From contig ML992529.1 in the NCBI GenBank assembly GCA_010093995.1, positions 1 to 64,000 on the forward strand: 64,000 nucleotides of DNA. Direction: 5' to 3'. Made by a program: the position numbers and the translations under genes. Under the pieces are notes generated by a model. The model made no database searches. It was not told where the DNA came from and saw only the letters and a program-made list of their open reading frames with translations. Origin of the DNA: Elsinoe ampelina (lineage: Eukaryota). Of the stretch, positions 13,994-25,910 are shown piece by piece (positions within the stretch are counted from its first letter, which is position 1; every line of letters starts with the position of its first letter).

Positions 13994-14543
13994 GGCTGAC
14001 GGGGGGAGGACCGGCGATGGAAGGTAGAGGGGGGGAGGAGGAGATCTGGCGGGCTGATCGTGTATATTGGTTTCGGTCGCTACTCAGGTCATATTTGAAT
14101 AATGATCGTTCACTTTCTGTTCAGTGTAGATGTATGAGCGTGCGAGAAGATCCTGATATCAAGTGGTAGCGAAGGTGAGGCGCAACCTTGAACTTGGACG
14201 TGAAGTGGGGGAGGCGGGGGACGTCATCGGAGGTCACAAGGCAGAATAATTACATGTCTTGCTTGTATCTAACGCTACACTCAATTTTGTGTCTGAAAGG
14301 CGGTCCGATCTGATCGAGGACTGGGTGGAGAAAATACTGTTCAGGCGTGGAGGTTGTGCCCTTTCTTGTTCAATGAAAGATGGGAAAGGTGTCGTGAGAA
14401 TGATTCGTGGACTTTGTATACACACAAGTGGAGCTACAACGTCCGTACATGTGACACCTTTCATGAACTTGGCATAATTCGACATTATATACTATCATGT
14501 GGGCCTACCCGCCCACGGTCATGATCATTAGGTTCACCCATCC

Positions 14544-17309
14544 TTAAACAAGGCTGCCAGATAAAGGCAGGTTCCTGCTTGAGCTACCGACATAGACGGT
14601 CTTGGTAGAGTTGCTGACTACCCAATTCTGGCTGTTGGTGTCCCAGTTGCTGAGATCCCTCCTTGTGAGATCCGCCGAGAAGATGGCAGTGCCATTAGGC
14701 TGGATGCTCAATCTTTGGAAGCCCCTAAGGACGATCTTCGGGTCGTACTGTCCACCTAGAGACACGTACAGCTGAGGCACCTCGTCACCAGGTCGGCTTC
14801 CAGTATTGGTAATGGTGGCTTGGACACTGTAAAGTACATCATACAGTCCAGGATTACCACCTGGTGCGCCACCTGCAGGAAGTAGTGGTTGAGGGGACCC
14901 GTCCAGGGAGGCAGGGTCGATGTAGGTGCGACCGTAGTCTGATCCGTTGTACGCCTCGCTCAAATTGGCGCTGGATAGGTAAGGGTAGATGTAACCATTG
15001 GGTCGAGTAAGGTTATCTGGGAATAGATAGCTGGAAGTGTCGTTGTTGATGGAGCCAAACACTGGTGCAGCTGTTGTCTCGCCGGTAGTCGGTACGTATG
15101 GCCCTGCACCAACGTTGGTGATGGACAAGTTGGAGTAAGCAAAGCTCGTGTACGATTGACCATATCCGAACTCGTACACTGGTGTGATGTTGCCGCGGTC
15201 AAAGGCGCGATAGTCGATGAAGACTCCCTCCTCGAATTGTACCTGGGGGACGTCCTGGTTCACGGTGTAGAGGACATCGGATCCGTAGTCGGCGCGAGTG
15301 TCTCCAAGAGTGAACGGGAGCTTGCCACCAGGATTGACCCGCCCGTACAGAATGTCTGCGATTGCATTGCCAGACTGCTCTCCTGGCATGCCAGCCCAGA
15401 GAATGGCGGTAATATTCGGGTTGTTCTTGTACGGGCCAAGCTCCACAGGACCTGGAGAATGTACTACCAGAACGGTGTTGTTGCAATTGGAACTAACGTT
15501 GGCAATGACAGGCTCGACACCCTGCCAGAAGGTCAAGTTCTTCCGATCTCCAAAGTTCTCATCGGGAGCAATGAAGCCTTCGCCTGCATCAGCATTGGCG
15601 AACACGATGCAAACGCCCAAAACCTCTGCCGTCCTTGTCGCCAGTGTCTCGATCTGCGAGTTAGCCGAGTTGTTTGTGATGGACTCGTATGCTCGGCCAG
15701 CCTGGATGGCTTCATAGGCAAGGGCAGTATCTGGGACGATGAAGTTGGTAAAATCAGCTGTACCACTTCCCCAACCGATACCCAAACTGCCACAATCGGC
15801 ACCTCGATCTGGTGCGCCGTTTGGCCCGAGGGCACATTCACCAGCATCCTCGCCGAAGACTGCAGTAAGCTTCTCGCGACCTGTCAAGGGTAATGCGCTA
15901 TTGTTGTTCTTGAGAAGAACCGTGCTATCTGCCGCAACCTGGCGGATAAGGTTTCGGTGCTCGCGTCGGACGTCGACATGCTCGTTGATCAATTCGTAGG
16001 ACTCTTCGCCATAGTAATTTCTGTAGCCAAAGGTCTCCTTGGTCCAAGAGGAGAAGTTGATGTCCGTGTCGACTGTATCCCTGCCAACGTAGTACCACCC
16101 GGCGAGGATTCTGGTAGTCATGTCGTCAATCCGCCATTGTGGTACAGAACCGTTGAGAACAGCGATGGTCAGGTTGGTACCGAAATAAGTAGCGCCGTCG
16201 TTGAAGACAATGTCTCCGGGCATGGTCATATCAAGACCAGATAGGATAGCGTACACCCCGCTGTAGGTAGCTTGCCAATCGCTGAGGATGAAACCCTGGA
16301 AGTCCAGCTCATTCTTCAGCAAATAGTTCTGTGTGTAGCTGTTCTGGCATCCATGCGAGTTGTTGATCTGGTTGTAGGAGCACATTACGGAAGCTACACC
16401 AGCTCTGACGGCATCAGCAAAGGGCCACAGGTATAGCTCGTGCATAGTCTGGTCGTCCAGATTCGAGGAGAGTGGGTCGGTAATGTTGAACCCATAGCCT
16501 CTGGATTCTGGGATCTGGCGGAAGTGCTCTTGCTCGTTCATGATGTAGTGTTTGGCGCAAGCCATGACATTCTGGCTTTGAATGCCCTTGATGGTGTCGG
16601 CGAAAAGTACGCCAGTAAGCCAGGGGTCTGGGCTGAATCCCTCCCAATTCCTACCAGCAGTCGGTGACCTGCCAAGGGGTCCAGCCACAGGACCGAGCTG
16701 GATGTCGACACCTTTGTCGCGGTGCTCCTGACCCATGGCCACACCTCTTTGATATGCAAGACCACGGTCCCATGTAGCGGCGACATTGACACCGGCCGGG
16801 AAGACGGAGACGAAATCGGCTTTATCGAGTCAGCTTCAAATGAACATCTGGCTGGATTTAAAGTGAGACTTACTGGATCGGACGCCAAGGGGTGAATCTT
16901 GAAGACAGAGACCTCTGATGCCGAGTCTCGGAACGGAGCCTGTCTCGCCAACGCAGCGCTCTCCTTCCCAGCCAACGCCGGTCGTCAAGTTGACCTTCTC
17001 CTCGAGCGTCATTTGCGCGACGAGCTCGCGAGCTCTAGAGTAAGCACTTTCCCAATCACCTAGACCGCGGCCCCATGGGGAAGGGAACTTTTCGGGGCTG
17101 GTCTGGTTTGCTTGGGCTCCCTGTGCCACGAGCGGATTGGGTGAGGTGGCATTAGGATATGTCGTGTCCGGAAACTGGACAAATGTAAGACTCTCACACA
17201 CTCATGACTAACTCCTAGGCCGACGTACTGGAGATCCATAATTGCCATACTGGCCAGTCACCGTAGTGAAGCCAATGGCTAAAGCCAATGCCAGCGTAGA
17301 GAGAGACAT
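14544..17309 (-). CDS. Secreted GH3 beta-glucosidase (BglA/Bgl1-like), multi-exon
   Basis: Signal peptide MSLSTLALALAIGFTTVTG. Motifs MTLEEKVNLTTG, LCLQDSPLGVR, GRNWEGFSPDP, ACAKHY, ILSDW, YEFGYGQSYT and an Fn3-like tail. Confidence 0.93.
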
Positions 17310-17887
17310 TGTTGATACTGATGCTCGACGCTGATTCTCACGGGGAAGAATCAGAAAGTAGTGAGAGAAGAAGCAGCTAGGTTTTGTACTACCACATTCT
17401 CTTCAAATGCCGCGCGCCAGTGATGACAGTAGCATCGGTGGTATCCAGGGTTCAAGGTAGCACTTCGGAAGAGCTATTGGGAGATCTTCTCCACACAAAC
17501 AGAGCGGAGAGGTGCAGCACTCTGCAGCAGTGATGGATCGACAATCCGGAGCCGACGGTTGGGCCGGAGATTGACGTCAGTTGGGAAAAAAAGGGGAGAT
17601 GCGTCGAAAAGGAGCTGTAGCCCGTTCTTGCTCTCCTGTGCTCAATAATCGCGTTGGTACTGTAAGTGTAGTCTATCTTGTCTGGTGTGATCAAGATGTT
17701 CCACTCAAGTCCCGTCTTCTTCTGCCTATACCTCTCTTGCGTCGCGTATCTCGCAGCTTTGCACCTCGGACTCTGATAAATAAGACCCGAGTCTGACCTG
17801 TACAACGTCACAATTCTCACCCCGCCGATCGTTCCGTGTGGCTCGGAGCTTGGTTGCCTTGTTCATCCTTGTCGCGGTATCCACAAT

Positions 17888-20800
17888 AGAGGGTTTTAGC
17901 AGCTGTCGGTCGAGTGACAGCCAGTGGGTCTGTGGCTTGTTAGCGTCCGCCGCCGTTGTACTCCTTCCTCACCAAAATAGCTAGCGGCCGGCGTACAATT
18001 TGAGCACCTTGGCGTAATCCTTCTACAGTGCTGATATTTGCCACCTCGTCGTCGATATAGAGCGTGAATTTGTCTAAAAAGGTGTTAGTGCAATTATAAA
18101 GGACAAAGAGCTTAACTTTAATAAGATATTACTTATCTATCTATACCTCCTTTACCGCTATTAACTTAATTGCTCTCGCTGCTACTATAGCGCTAAACGT
18201 AAGAAGAAGCGCTCTATCTATCGGTATAGAAAGCCTTATCCTTATTAGTAGTTTAACTAGGATATAGACTAGTAGTATAATAACTCTTTCTATAATAATA
18301 TAAGGTTCTCTAAAGGCTAAATCCTTAAGCTAGTATAGCTACTCTAGATCGAAGGACTATAATATAGCAATTGTAATTAGCTATTAGTAGAGATAGCTAT
18401 CTATGTAATGCTTTACTAATTAACTTATCTAAACTAGTAGAATAAGATTTACTATGTTTTTAGCTACTCTTAAGGTTAGCTATCTAGTATCTTTATTAAC
18501 GTAATTATATATATTAATAGCCTCTTCTACGACAAGGTTACTTAGTATTCTTAGCTAGATAACTATAAGCTTCTAGAGTAATTTACTAAGGCTATTAGTA
18601 ATACTAGAGAGTATAATTAGATTTAGAGTTTTATTAATAGTACCTTTAAAGGCTTCTAAAGATCTACTATTAGTTAGTAGTAAGTCTATAGTAGCTATTA
18701 TAGTAGCTACGGCCTTAAATTTTAAGGCATTATTACACTAGACAAATTAATAAGCTTACTTATTAGACTCTTTAGTAGTAAGAAGAATAACTAGACAATA
18801 TAGAATTTGTTAATTATAAAGGATAAACTCTACTATATTAATACTAGATATATACTAGGGGAGGAGCGCTTATACCTCTATAGTAACGCTACCTATTATA
18901 ATAGTAAATTAGTAATAGTACTATTTTAGTATAAGGCTAGCTAGTAGTTTCTTAGTAATCGAGAGTTAGCTTTTAATACTAAGATGTTATTAATAAGAAT
19001 TATAATCGAGAATAGCTTTAGTAAAGTATAGTAGAAGTAGATATATATAAGCTTTATAAAAGGCCTATATAGAGGTAAGTAACTAGTTAGCTTCTTCTAT
19101 TAAGTAGTAGTATTACTTACTAATATCTATACCTATTTAGAAGGCTCTAATAGTATATCCTTATAGTTTAATTATAATTCGCTATCGGTGGAAGAATATT
19201 TATAAGTTAAAGAGATTACTAAGGTAGAGGTATAAAGTTAGAGAGCTTAAAAAAGTACTAAGTCTAAAAAAAGTAACTAAGGTAATAAAGATATAGAAGT
19301 AGCTATAAGAGTAGCGACTAATACTAGTATTTAGTTTTATATAACAATTCTTATATTAATTAATTCTTTAGCAGATTTAGAGTTAATTAATATATATATC
19401 GTTATAATATTTAGCGTATAATACCTTTATCTTAAAGCTTAGAGATCTATCTATATTAGCTTTACCTAGTATAAGATAGGCCGAGATAGATATATAATAT
19501 AGATTGTACTTAATAAGGTATATAGTAGTATCCGCGCTAGTTTAGCTACTTATAAGCTTATAATTTCTTTAGCTATCTCTTCTATTACTACTTTATTCTT
19601 TACCTCTACTAATATACTTAATAAAAGCATAAAAAAGAGTAGTATTCTTATGCTACTAGCGCTCTATTTACTTCTCTAGCTAGTTAATTAACAAGCGTAG
19701 GTCACTAAGTTAAGATATACTACTAGTATTAAGTAAAGTAGTCTACTTATTAAGATAGGTAGTAAGACTATATTCTATATTAATAGCGTCTTTATATTGT
19801 TCTCTATAGCGGTAAATATTATAACTCTAGCTTCTATCTCTTACCTTACTTACCGAGCTATTATTTACTTAGCTAGTACTACTAGCTATAGTAATAGTAG
19901 CGGTAGTAGTAGTAGAGGAAGGCCTAGCCTTACTACTAGCCTATAGCGCCTTACTATTCTCCTTCTTATTCTTCTCTACTAATAACTAACTATTGCTCTT
20001 ATTTAGATAAGAGCCTTAGCGACTTATAAGCGAGATAGACTAGTAATCTATCTACGTAGCCTTAGCCTTAGTATTCTCCTTATTGCCGACTACTAGCTTA
20101 TACTTATATAGCTTCTATACTTACTTAATAAAGAAGTTAAGCTATAGCTTTAAGTTAGTAATGTTCTTTAAACTACTAGGATTCTTAGTGTAATAGTTAG
20201 TCTTCTCCTTATAGTAGTTAATAATCTACTTCTTTAATATATATATAAGTGTCTTATAGTTCTTACTAGTCTTTAACCTCTAATTCTTCCGTAGCCTTAT
20301 AATTTACTTACTAAGTAGCTTATTCTTTAAGAGTACTAGACTAATCTCTTAAGCTATTACTAAGATTATCTTTTTATAAGTATCTAGCTAGTAAGTTAGT
20401 ATTAGCTTTATAGTAGGTAAGGATTACTACTTCTTAGAAGCTAGTATAGACTTAGCTAGCTACTTACTAGCCTTTCTCTTTTAACTTAATACTACCTCTA
20501 TCTCTAGCTTTACCTCTTTCTCTTTCTTAGTATCTACTATCTACTTTCTTACCTCTCTCTCCCCCTTTAATACTACTACGCTAGCCTACTACGCTAGTAC
20601 TAATAATAAGGCTAGTATAGCTAGTAGTTCTATTACCTCTACTAGTAACTATAGTAGTATCTATACTACTAAGTTTAAAGGTGCTAGTAAGAGTATTAAT
20701 TGAAATTAAATAGGAGAAAGATAGTACTCTAGATAGAAGTACTACTATAGTAGAGAGTAGTATCCTTATAAAGGATATAGTAACTATAATAGTAAATAAC

Positions 20801-21155
20801 CTCCCTATAGTAATTAATAGCTAGATTAGTTATATTACTACAAATTCTCTATCTTATAATAAGGTAGTAATATTAATCTATTATACCTTAAAGAATAATA
20901 CGTTAGAAGAGATATTAAAGCAAATTCGCTACCTTAGTAATCTAACTACTCTCGGCTAGTACTATACCCCTTTAAGTACTCTAAGCTAGCTATTAAGAGT
21001 TAATAGGTAGCTATCGACCTTTAATAGCTAGCTATTATAGTTTATACTATCTACTACGCCGTTACTAATTGTTAAATAACTACTCTATACTATTTAATTA
21101 GAAGAAGTAAGATTAACGCTAGCTATTACTTAACTAATAGCTACTAAAACTCTCT
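17888..21155 (+). mobile_element. RIP-inactivated PIF/Harbinger-superfamily DNA transposon (element A)
   Basis: Left TIR AGAGGGTTTTAGCAGCTGTCGGTCGAGTGACAGCCAG at 17888. A RIP-mutated reverse complement ends at 21155. AAT flanks both ends (17885-17887 and 21156-21158). Contains a fossil DDE transposase. Confidence 0.88.
18621..19042 (+). pseudogene. Fossil PIF/Harbinger (DDE_Tnp_4-type) transposase catalytic core; gene ends not resolved
   Basis: Reversing only C>T and G>A changes in one frame gives IWGFIDGT (18621), HGLKFQGIVTPDGL, GPF.G..NDW, LYLYGDAAY (GD at 18882) and FNTKMSS.RI.IENGFGKV (RI at 18996). Confidence 0.85.
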
Positions 21156-21158
21156 AAT

Positions 21159-21534
21159 AGAGGGTTTTAGTAGCTGTTCTATTACTAATAGCCTATAGGT
21201 CCTTAGAGTTATTAGGTAGAGACAGTTATAAGCTTATAATTAATAAGCTTACTAATATTATACTAGATATAGCTAGCATAGATAGTAGGGTTTAGGACGC
21301 TAATAGCACGCATAGTGTAGCTAGACTATATAAGGCTTAGGATAGGGGGGCATCTATATAGCTAGTACATTTATAGATTAACCTAAGCTACTTTCGGCTT
21401 GATTCTTAGCTGTCGTAGGTCGATAGAGCAAGAAATTAAGTTTTGAATCGTTACGCTCGTATCCGGCGCTATTTCGCTACATTCAGAGCGATCAGCGCTG
21501 GCTGTCGGCGACAGGACAGCTGCTAAAACCCTCT
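21159..21534. mobile_element. 376-bp non-autonomous MITE (element B) with TIRs related to element A
   Basis: The right TIR reads AGAGGGTTTTAGCAGCTGTCCTGTCGCCGACAGC on the minus strand from 21534. The left copy at 21159 differs only by C>T/G>A changes. AAT lies at 21156-21158 and 21535-21537. Confidence 0.85.
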
Positions 21535-21793
21535 AATGCTTGTCTCAGCACGATGCTGGCCCTTGCTTCGGCAGCAACACCGCATTTAGGCGGAATCGGG
21601 TGTAGCTCTGGCGCACTGTTGACAGCTCGATAGTAGGCCCAAGGCTCGAGCAAGAGCTCGTCCAAGGGTCGTTGGCACTCTTGCCGTCTACCACCGACTA
21701 GTCCCGAGCGTAACGCTATACATTTCAAATCGCAACTGGGAAAAGCTTTGCATCTCAATTGGCGCCTCTTCGGGACAAGACCTGGCTGTCTGG

Positions 21794-22958
21794 TTACAAA
21801 CGCAAAGCCTCCCCACCCTCACCTACCCCTCCGCGGAACAGGTCTCGGATGACCTTTCCCCCGAGCACAGTCTTCTCGACGATGCCCTCCACATGACGCG
21901 GCTCTACTCTGCCGTACCATATACCTTTCCCTCGTAGCGCGTGGTCCTTGAAGCTTGGGGGTATGTATATGATCACGTTACCAGCATACTTATGTCCACC
22001 AATGTGACTGATGCTTCCTATCCGAGCTGTTGGCGTGTACCCGTCGATCTCGGCATTACGTTCCTCTCCGACCAAAGGAGGTGCATTCTGCAACACTGAA
22101 ACGCCCTGTCGTGCCAACTTGTCTTCAAATTCTCGACATAGCACAGGCCCCATGATGCCACATCGCTGATCACGTCCGCCGTGTCCGCAGACTAGAATCA
22201 AGATCTCGTCCATCTTTCGTGCCCCAGTAAACCGCCCACGTAGCTCTGGTAGTCGTTGCAACATGTTTCGTTGGTCTCGGCTGAGTCTATCATGCTGCGC
22301 GTGTATTTGTGCAGGAAGGACGAAAGCCCGGAGGAACGCCTCGACCCCGCTGTCATCTGTCGGGATGCTTGGCACGTATTCGAAGCTGGGAAGAAGAAAT
22401 GCTGATGCCGGAGGAGACGGAGGAGTCTGCTCTGGGACCCTGTCTGCATCCAGACCTGGTTTTGGATTCGGCGAGTCGATAGGATTACTCCGATCCTCAA
22501 ATGCTTCATTTCGATTGACTGTTGGTGGCAATGAAGAGTTGGTGATCATGACATTGTGAAAAGGCTGGTTACGTCAGTGTACTGATGATACCGGAAAAGA
22601 GAACGAGACCTACGTCGCTGTATTTGCCACCGCGTCCTAGGAACTTCTTGAGTTGCTTAACCAACACGGCATCCTCATCGTCTTCGATCCGGCTTTTCCA
22701 GTCTGTCTTGCCGGTAGATATGAGAACTTGCTCAGCATATGCCGCTGTCGTGCCATTCAATGGTGCATCTTGATCGATTTCTAGTCCCGCTGGTGTCTCC
22801 TGACACTGACACGTGGGATTGGGACAGGAGTCGACCACAGGAAACGGCGGAGGCGTCGGAATGCTGATGCGTGATGCCTCTCTTCTTGGGAAAGCTGATA
22901 TCCGGGGTCTTAGGGGACAGATAGCCGAACGTCTGCATCCATGTTTGAAGATAAACAT
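21794..22958 (-). CDS. AIM32: Thioredoxin-like ferredoxin / sucrase-ferredoxin protein (Aim32/Apd1 family), 2 exons
   Basis: CGHGGRDQRCG and SHIGGHKYAGNVIIY (C-x8-C...H-x-G-G-H [2Fe-2S] ligands), WYGRVEP, and an Arg-rich presequence-like N-terminus. Confidence 0.8.
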
Positions 22959-23233
22959 GCCGGTCTCAAAAGTATGGTGGATGTGTTGCGTATTTGCCCC
23001 CAGCAAAAACCCCAAGCTCAGAATATCGAGATTGTCGGCTTTTGCGGCTTTTGCGGCTCTGCTGACGTCACCCTGAAGCCGAAAAATGCATCAGAGGCTC
23101 GAAGTGGATGATATTGAAAACAAACAGGAGCAAGGTGATGAGAAAAGGTCTCCACCAAGTCTGCAATGACAGCATCCATTAGAGGCTACTGTGAGATATA
23201 TGGTGTTGCGAAAACGTTCAACATCCCACCCCT

Positions 23234-24445
23234 TCATGCGCTGTATGAGCTGACGTAGTACTACCTCAAGTCAGTTTCCATCAGGCGATGTGAGGACAAG
23301 GGGAGTCATACCGTAAGTACTGACTCAGTCTCTTCGTGGTCATTCGCCAGGTATACATAGAGAATCAAGGCATTCTCGTGGCAGAAGCCTGCGACGGTCA
23401 GTGGAGGCTCCATCATGCATGCAGAATGACACATACAAGCAATGACCCTGCCACCAAGACGACCGACACCCAAAACCCTGCCCCAGTCCCTACCATCGAC
23501 CCTTACCGTCGCCCAGCCCTCATCAGATATGCCCTCAGCATCTCCGTAACGTTTCATTCTCGTGCTGGGATGCTCCCTGACGCCCTCTACCCCTCCATCG
23601 ACGCTCCCAGGGTCAAGCTCAGGATTGTTCAGTCCCGTCCATGTTGAGCTGACCTTCATCCCCTCGGCATCCAGACCCAGCCTCAGACACCCATGCATAT
23701 TGGCTGACAACTCCAGCTTCTGAGCACGTGCCGCACTTCCCTTGAAGCCTCCGGCGGCCTTTGCCGAGGACGAAGAGAGTGCCAACTTCGTGAATCGATC
23801 CGAGATGGATTTGAGCTGCATGAGCGAAGGGAGCATAATATGGACATCAGGTTCGCGACAGACTGGTTCGTGCAGACCCTGGACTGAGGCGGGAGCCAGC
23901 ACACGTACGGGAATGTCCTGGGTGATGACGGTGTCTCTGGCAGAAAGAGGCTCTTCTTGGAAGGATGGAGAAGGGTCATATCCGTCGCCATCAAAGTTGC
24001 TGCCTGTACCGTGGGGATCATATGTACTGGTCGATCCAGGTCCGCTGAGCACTGGGGTAGTAATCGTCATTGATAGCAAAGGGACATTGTCCTTCTTGGT
24101 CAGGCGGATCGAGGCACCTGCAGCATTCTGGGCCGATCGAAGGGCGCGGAAGAGTGGTTGTAGAGGGACTTCTAGGTTGATGCTGTTTTCCGGAGCGGCC
24201 GACTGGATGGTGAAGGTCTCATCAAAGATGGTGTCGATCTGTAGCACAGCCCATACTTGACTTCCCTGCTCAGGAACGACTGTGAAGCGAGCGTCGTGGT
24301 CGGAGAGACGGACCCATGCTACGTTGCCTAGTGACGAGAGGGAGGAAGTGAGCTCTGCTTGTCGTCAGGACCTATCGGCTGACTGTACACTGAAGCACTC
24401 ACTGCTGAACACATTGATGTTCTGGATGCCCGCACGGAACCTCAT
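23234..24445 (-). CDS. HUS1: 9-1-1 checkpoint clamp subunit Hus1/Mec3, multi-exon
   Basis: MRFRAGIQNINVF start, INLEVPLQPLFRALRSA, IRLTKKD..PLL, ITQDIPVRVL, C.EPDVHIMLPSL. Ends YYVSSYSA*. Confidence 0.88.
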
Positions 24446-24772
24446 GTTGAGTGGCAATCGTTGGCTTCTGGAACAAGAGCCTGCCCGACGCCGACCCTCG
24501 CAAAGAAAGTGCTCACTTCATGCTCGAGCAAGCCACAGAATCGACGACAACATCGGCGGGACAGTCAGACAAATGCCGGCAGGATAGTTGTCGTTGTCGA
24601 CGAGTTGCTTGACCAAACCAACAGATGTGCTCTGATTGGCTCCTTGGCTGTCGGGTCTGCGATGCGGCTCTTTCTCTTCTCCGCAAAAAAGTCCCAAAAA
24701 CATGACCGAAATTTTGTCTCTCACCACAACTTGAGCATTCTCGATTCAGTCCACCCCAACATCACCAACATC
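24446..24772. promoter_or_regulatory. Bidirectional HUS1/MAK16 promoter with PAC-like and RRPE-like motifs
   Basis: 327-bp head-to-head spacer containing GCGATGCG (24659-24666) and GAAATTTT (24708-24715). Confidence 0.5.
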
Positions 24773-25765
24773 ATGTCCGACTCGCCAGAGATCATCTGGT
24801 CGCTCCTCTCGCAACAGTTCTGTGCCTTCAAGCTCAAGACTACCAAAGACGCTACCTTCTGCCGCAATGAGCACAACGTCTCCGGCCTCTGCAACCGCCA
24901 GTCATGTCCACTCGCACAGCCCCGCTACGCAACGATTCGCCCTGACCCCGATAACGATCGCCTCTACCTTTACATCAAGGAGCCGGAACGCCAGCACCTT
25001 CCCCGTCAATGGTGGCAGCGCGTCAAACTGAGCAACAATTATGCCAAGGCGCTGGATCAGATCGACGACCAGCTCATCTACTGGCCGAAGTGGATGGTAC
25101 ACAAGTGCAAGCAGAGATTGACAAGGTTGACACAAGTACGGGTCAGGTCGAGGAAGTTGGCTATCGAGAATGAAAGACTTGGGGAGGAACTAGTACCAAG
25201 GCTGGCTCCGAAAGTGAAGAGAAGGGAAGCCACAAGAGAGAGAAAGGCGGAGGCGGCAGCAAAGATTGAGAGAGCGATTGAGAGGGAGCTGATTGAGAGA
25301 CTGAAATCGGGAGCATACGGCGACCGACCGCTCAACGTCGACCAAAACGTGTGGAGAAGGGTCATGACGAGAATGGAGAAGGAGGGAGACGTGGCTCGCG
25401 ATAAAGATCTGGACGAGGGTATTGTCGAGGAGGAAGACGGCGAACGAGAGGAAGAGTACGAAACGGTCGGAGGAGAACCAGACGTCGAATACGTCAGTGA
25501 CGTGGACGAGAGCGACGAAGAGATTGAGGACTTTGAAGACTGGTTAGGAGGAGAAAGCGGCGAGGATGAGAGCGGGGAGGACGAAGAGGAAGACAGTGAA
25601 GAGGATGGTAGTGACACCGATGCCGCGAAGAAGGCGGGCGCGAAAAGGAAGAGGCCTGCGGCGCCGCCAAAGCCGAGCAAGAAGAAGAGCAAAAAGGGAC
25701 CGTCGACCGAGATCGAGTACGAGTACGAGAGGGAGCCCGAGCAGAGGCAAGCGGTGCTTGCATAG
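24773..25765 (+). CDS. MAK16: Ribosome biogenesis protein Mak16
   Basis: MSDSPEIIW...FCAFKLKT...FCRNEHNVSGLCNRQSCPLA, HKCKQRLTRLTQV, IERELIERLKSGAYG and an acidic tail. Start is the ATG at 24773 inside the track ORF. Confidence 0.95.
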   Translation: MSDSPEIIWSLLSQQFCAFKLKTTKDATFCRNEHNVSGLCNRQSCPLAQPRYATIRPDPDNDRLYLYIKEPERQHLPRQWWQRVKLSNNYAKALDQIDDQLIYWPKWMVHKCKQRLTRLTQVRVRSRKLAIENERLGEELVPRLAPKVKRREATRERKAEAAAKIERAIERELIERLKSGAYGDRPLNVDQNVWRRVMTRMEKEGDVARDKDLDEGIVEEEDGEREEEYETVGGEPDVEYVSDVDESDEEIEDFEDWLGGESGEDESGEDEEEDSEEDGSDTDAAKKAGAKRKRPAAPPKPSKKKSKKGPSTEIEYEYEREPEQRQAVLA

Positions 25766-25910
25766 AGTAGAAACGAGATCATGCACCATGGTCGGTCGAA
25801 ACGACGCCATGGGGCTCACGTACACGGAAGTGTGTCTTGCTGAGGATATCATGAATGAATATACTACCAGACCTTTCTCGCCGCTATGCAATCCTCTACG
25901 CGTATACCTT

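Noticed and set aside
17887..21535. A single Tc1/mariner element with TA target duplication
   Set aside because: The internal TIR pair, AAT at all three junctions and the PIF/Harbinger transposase motifs fit two Harbinger-type elements better.
25078..25782. Long antisense and alternate-frame ORFs, such as the Ser-rich 234 aa opposite MAK16 and those at 15156-15893 and 41403-42044
   Set aside because: These are shadow ORFs produced by codon bias in the genuine genes on the other strand.
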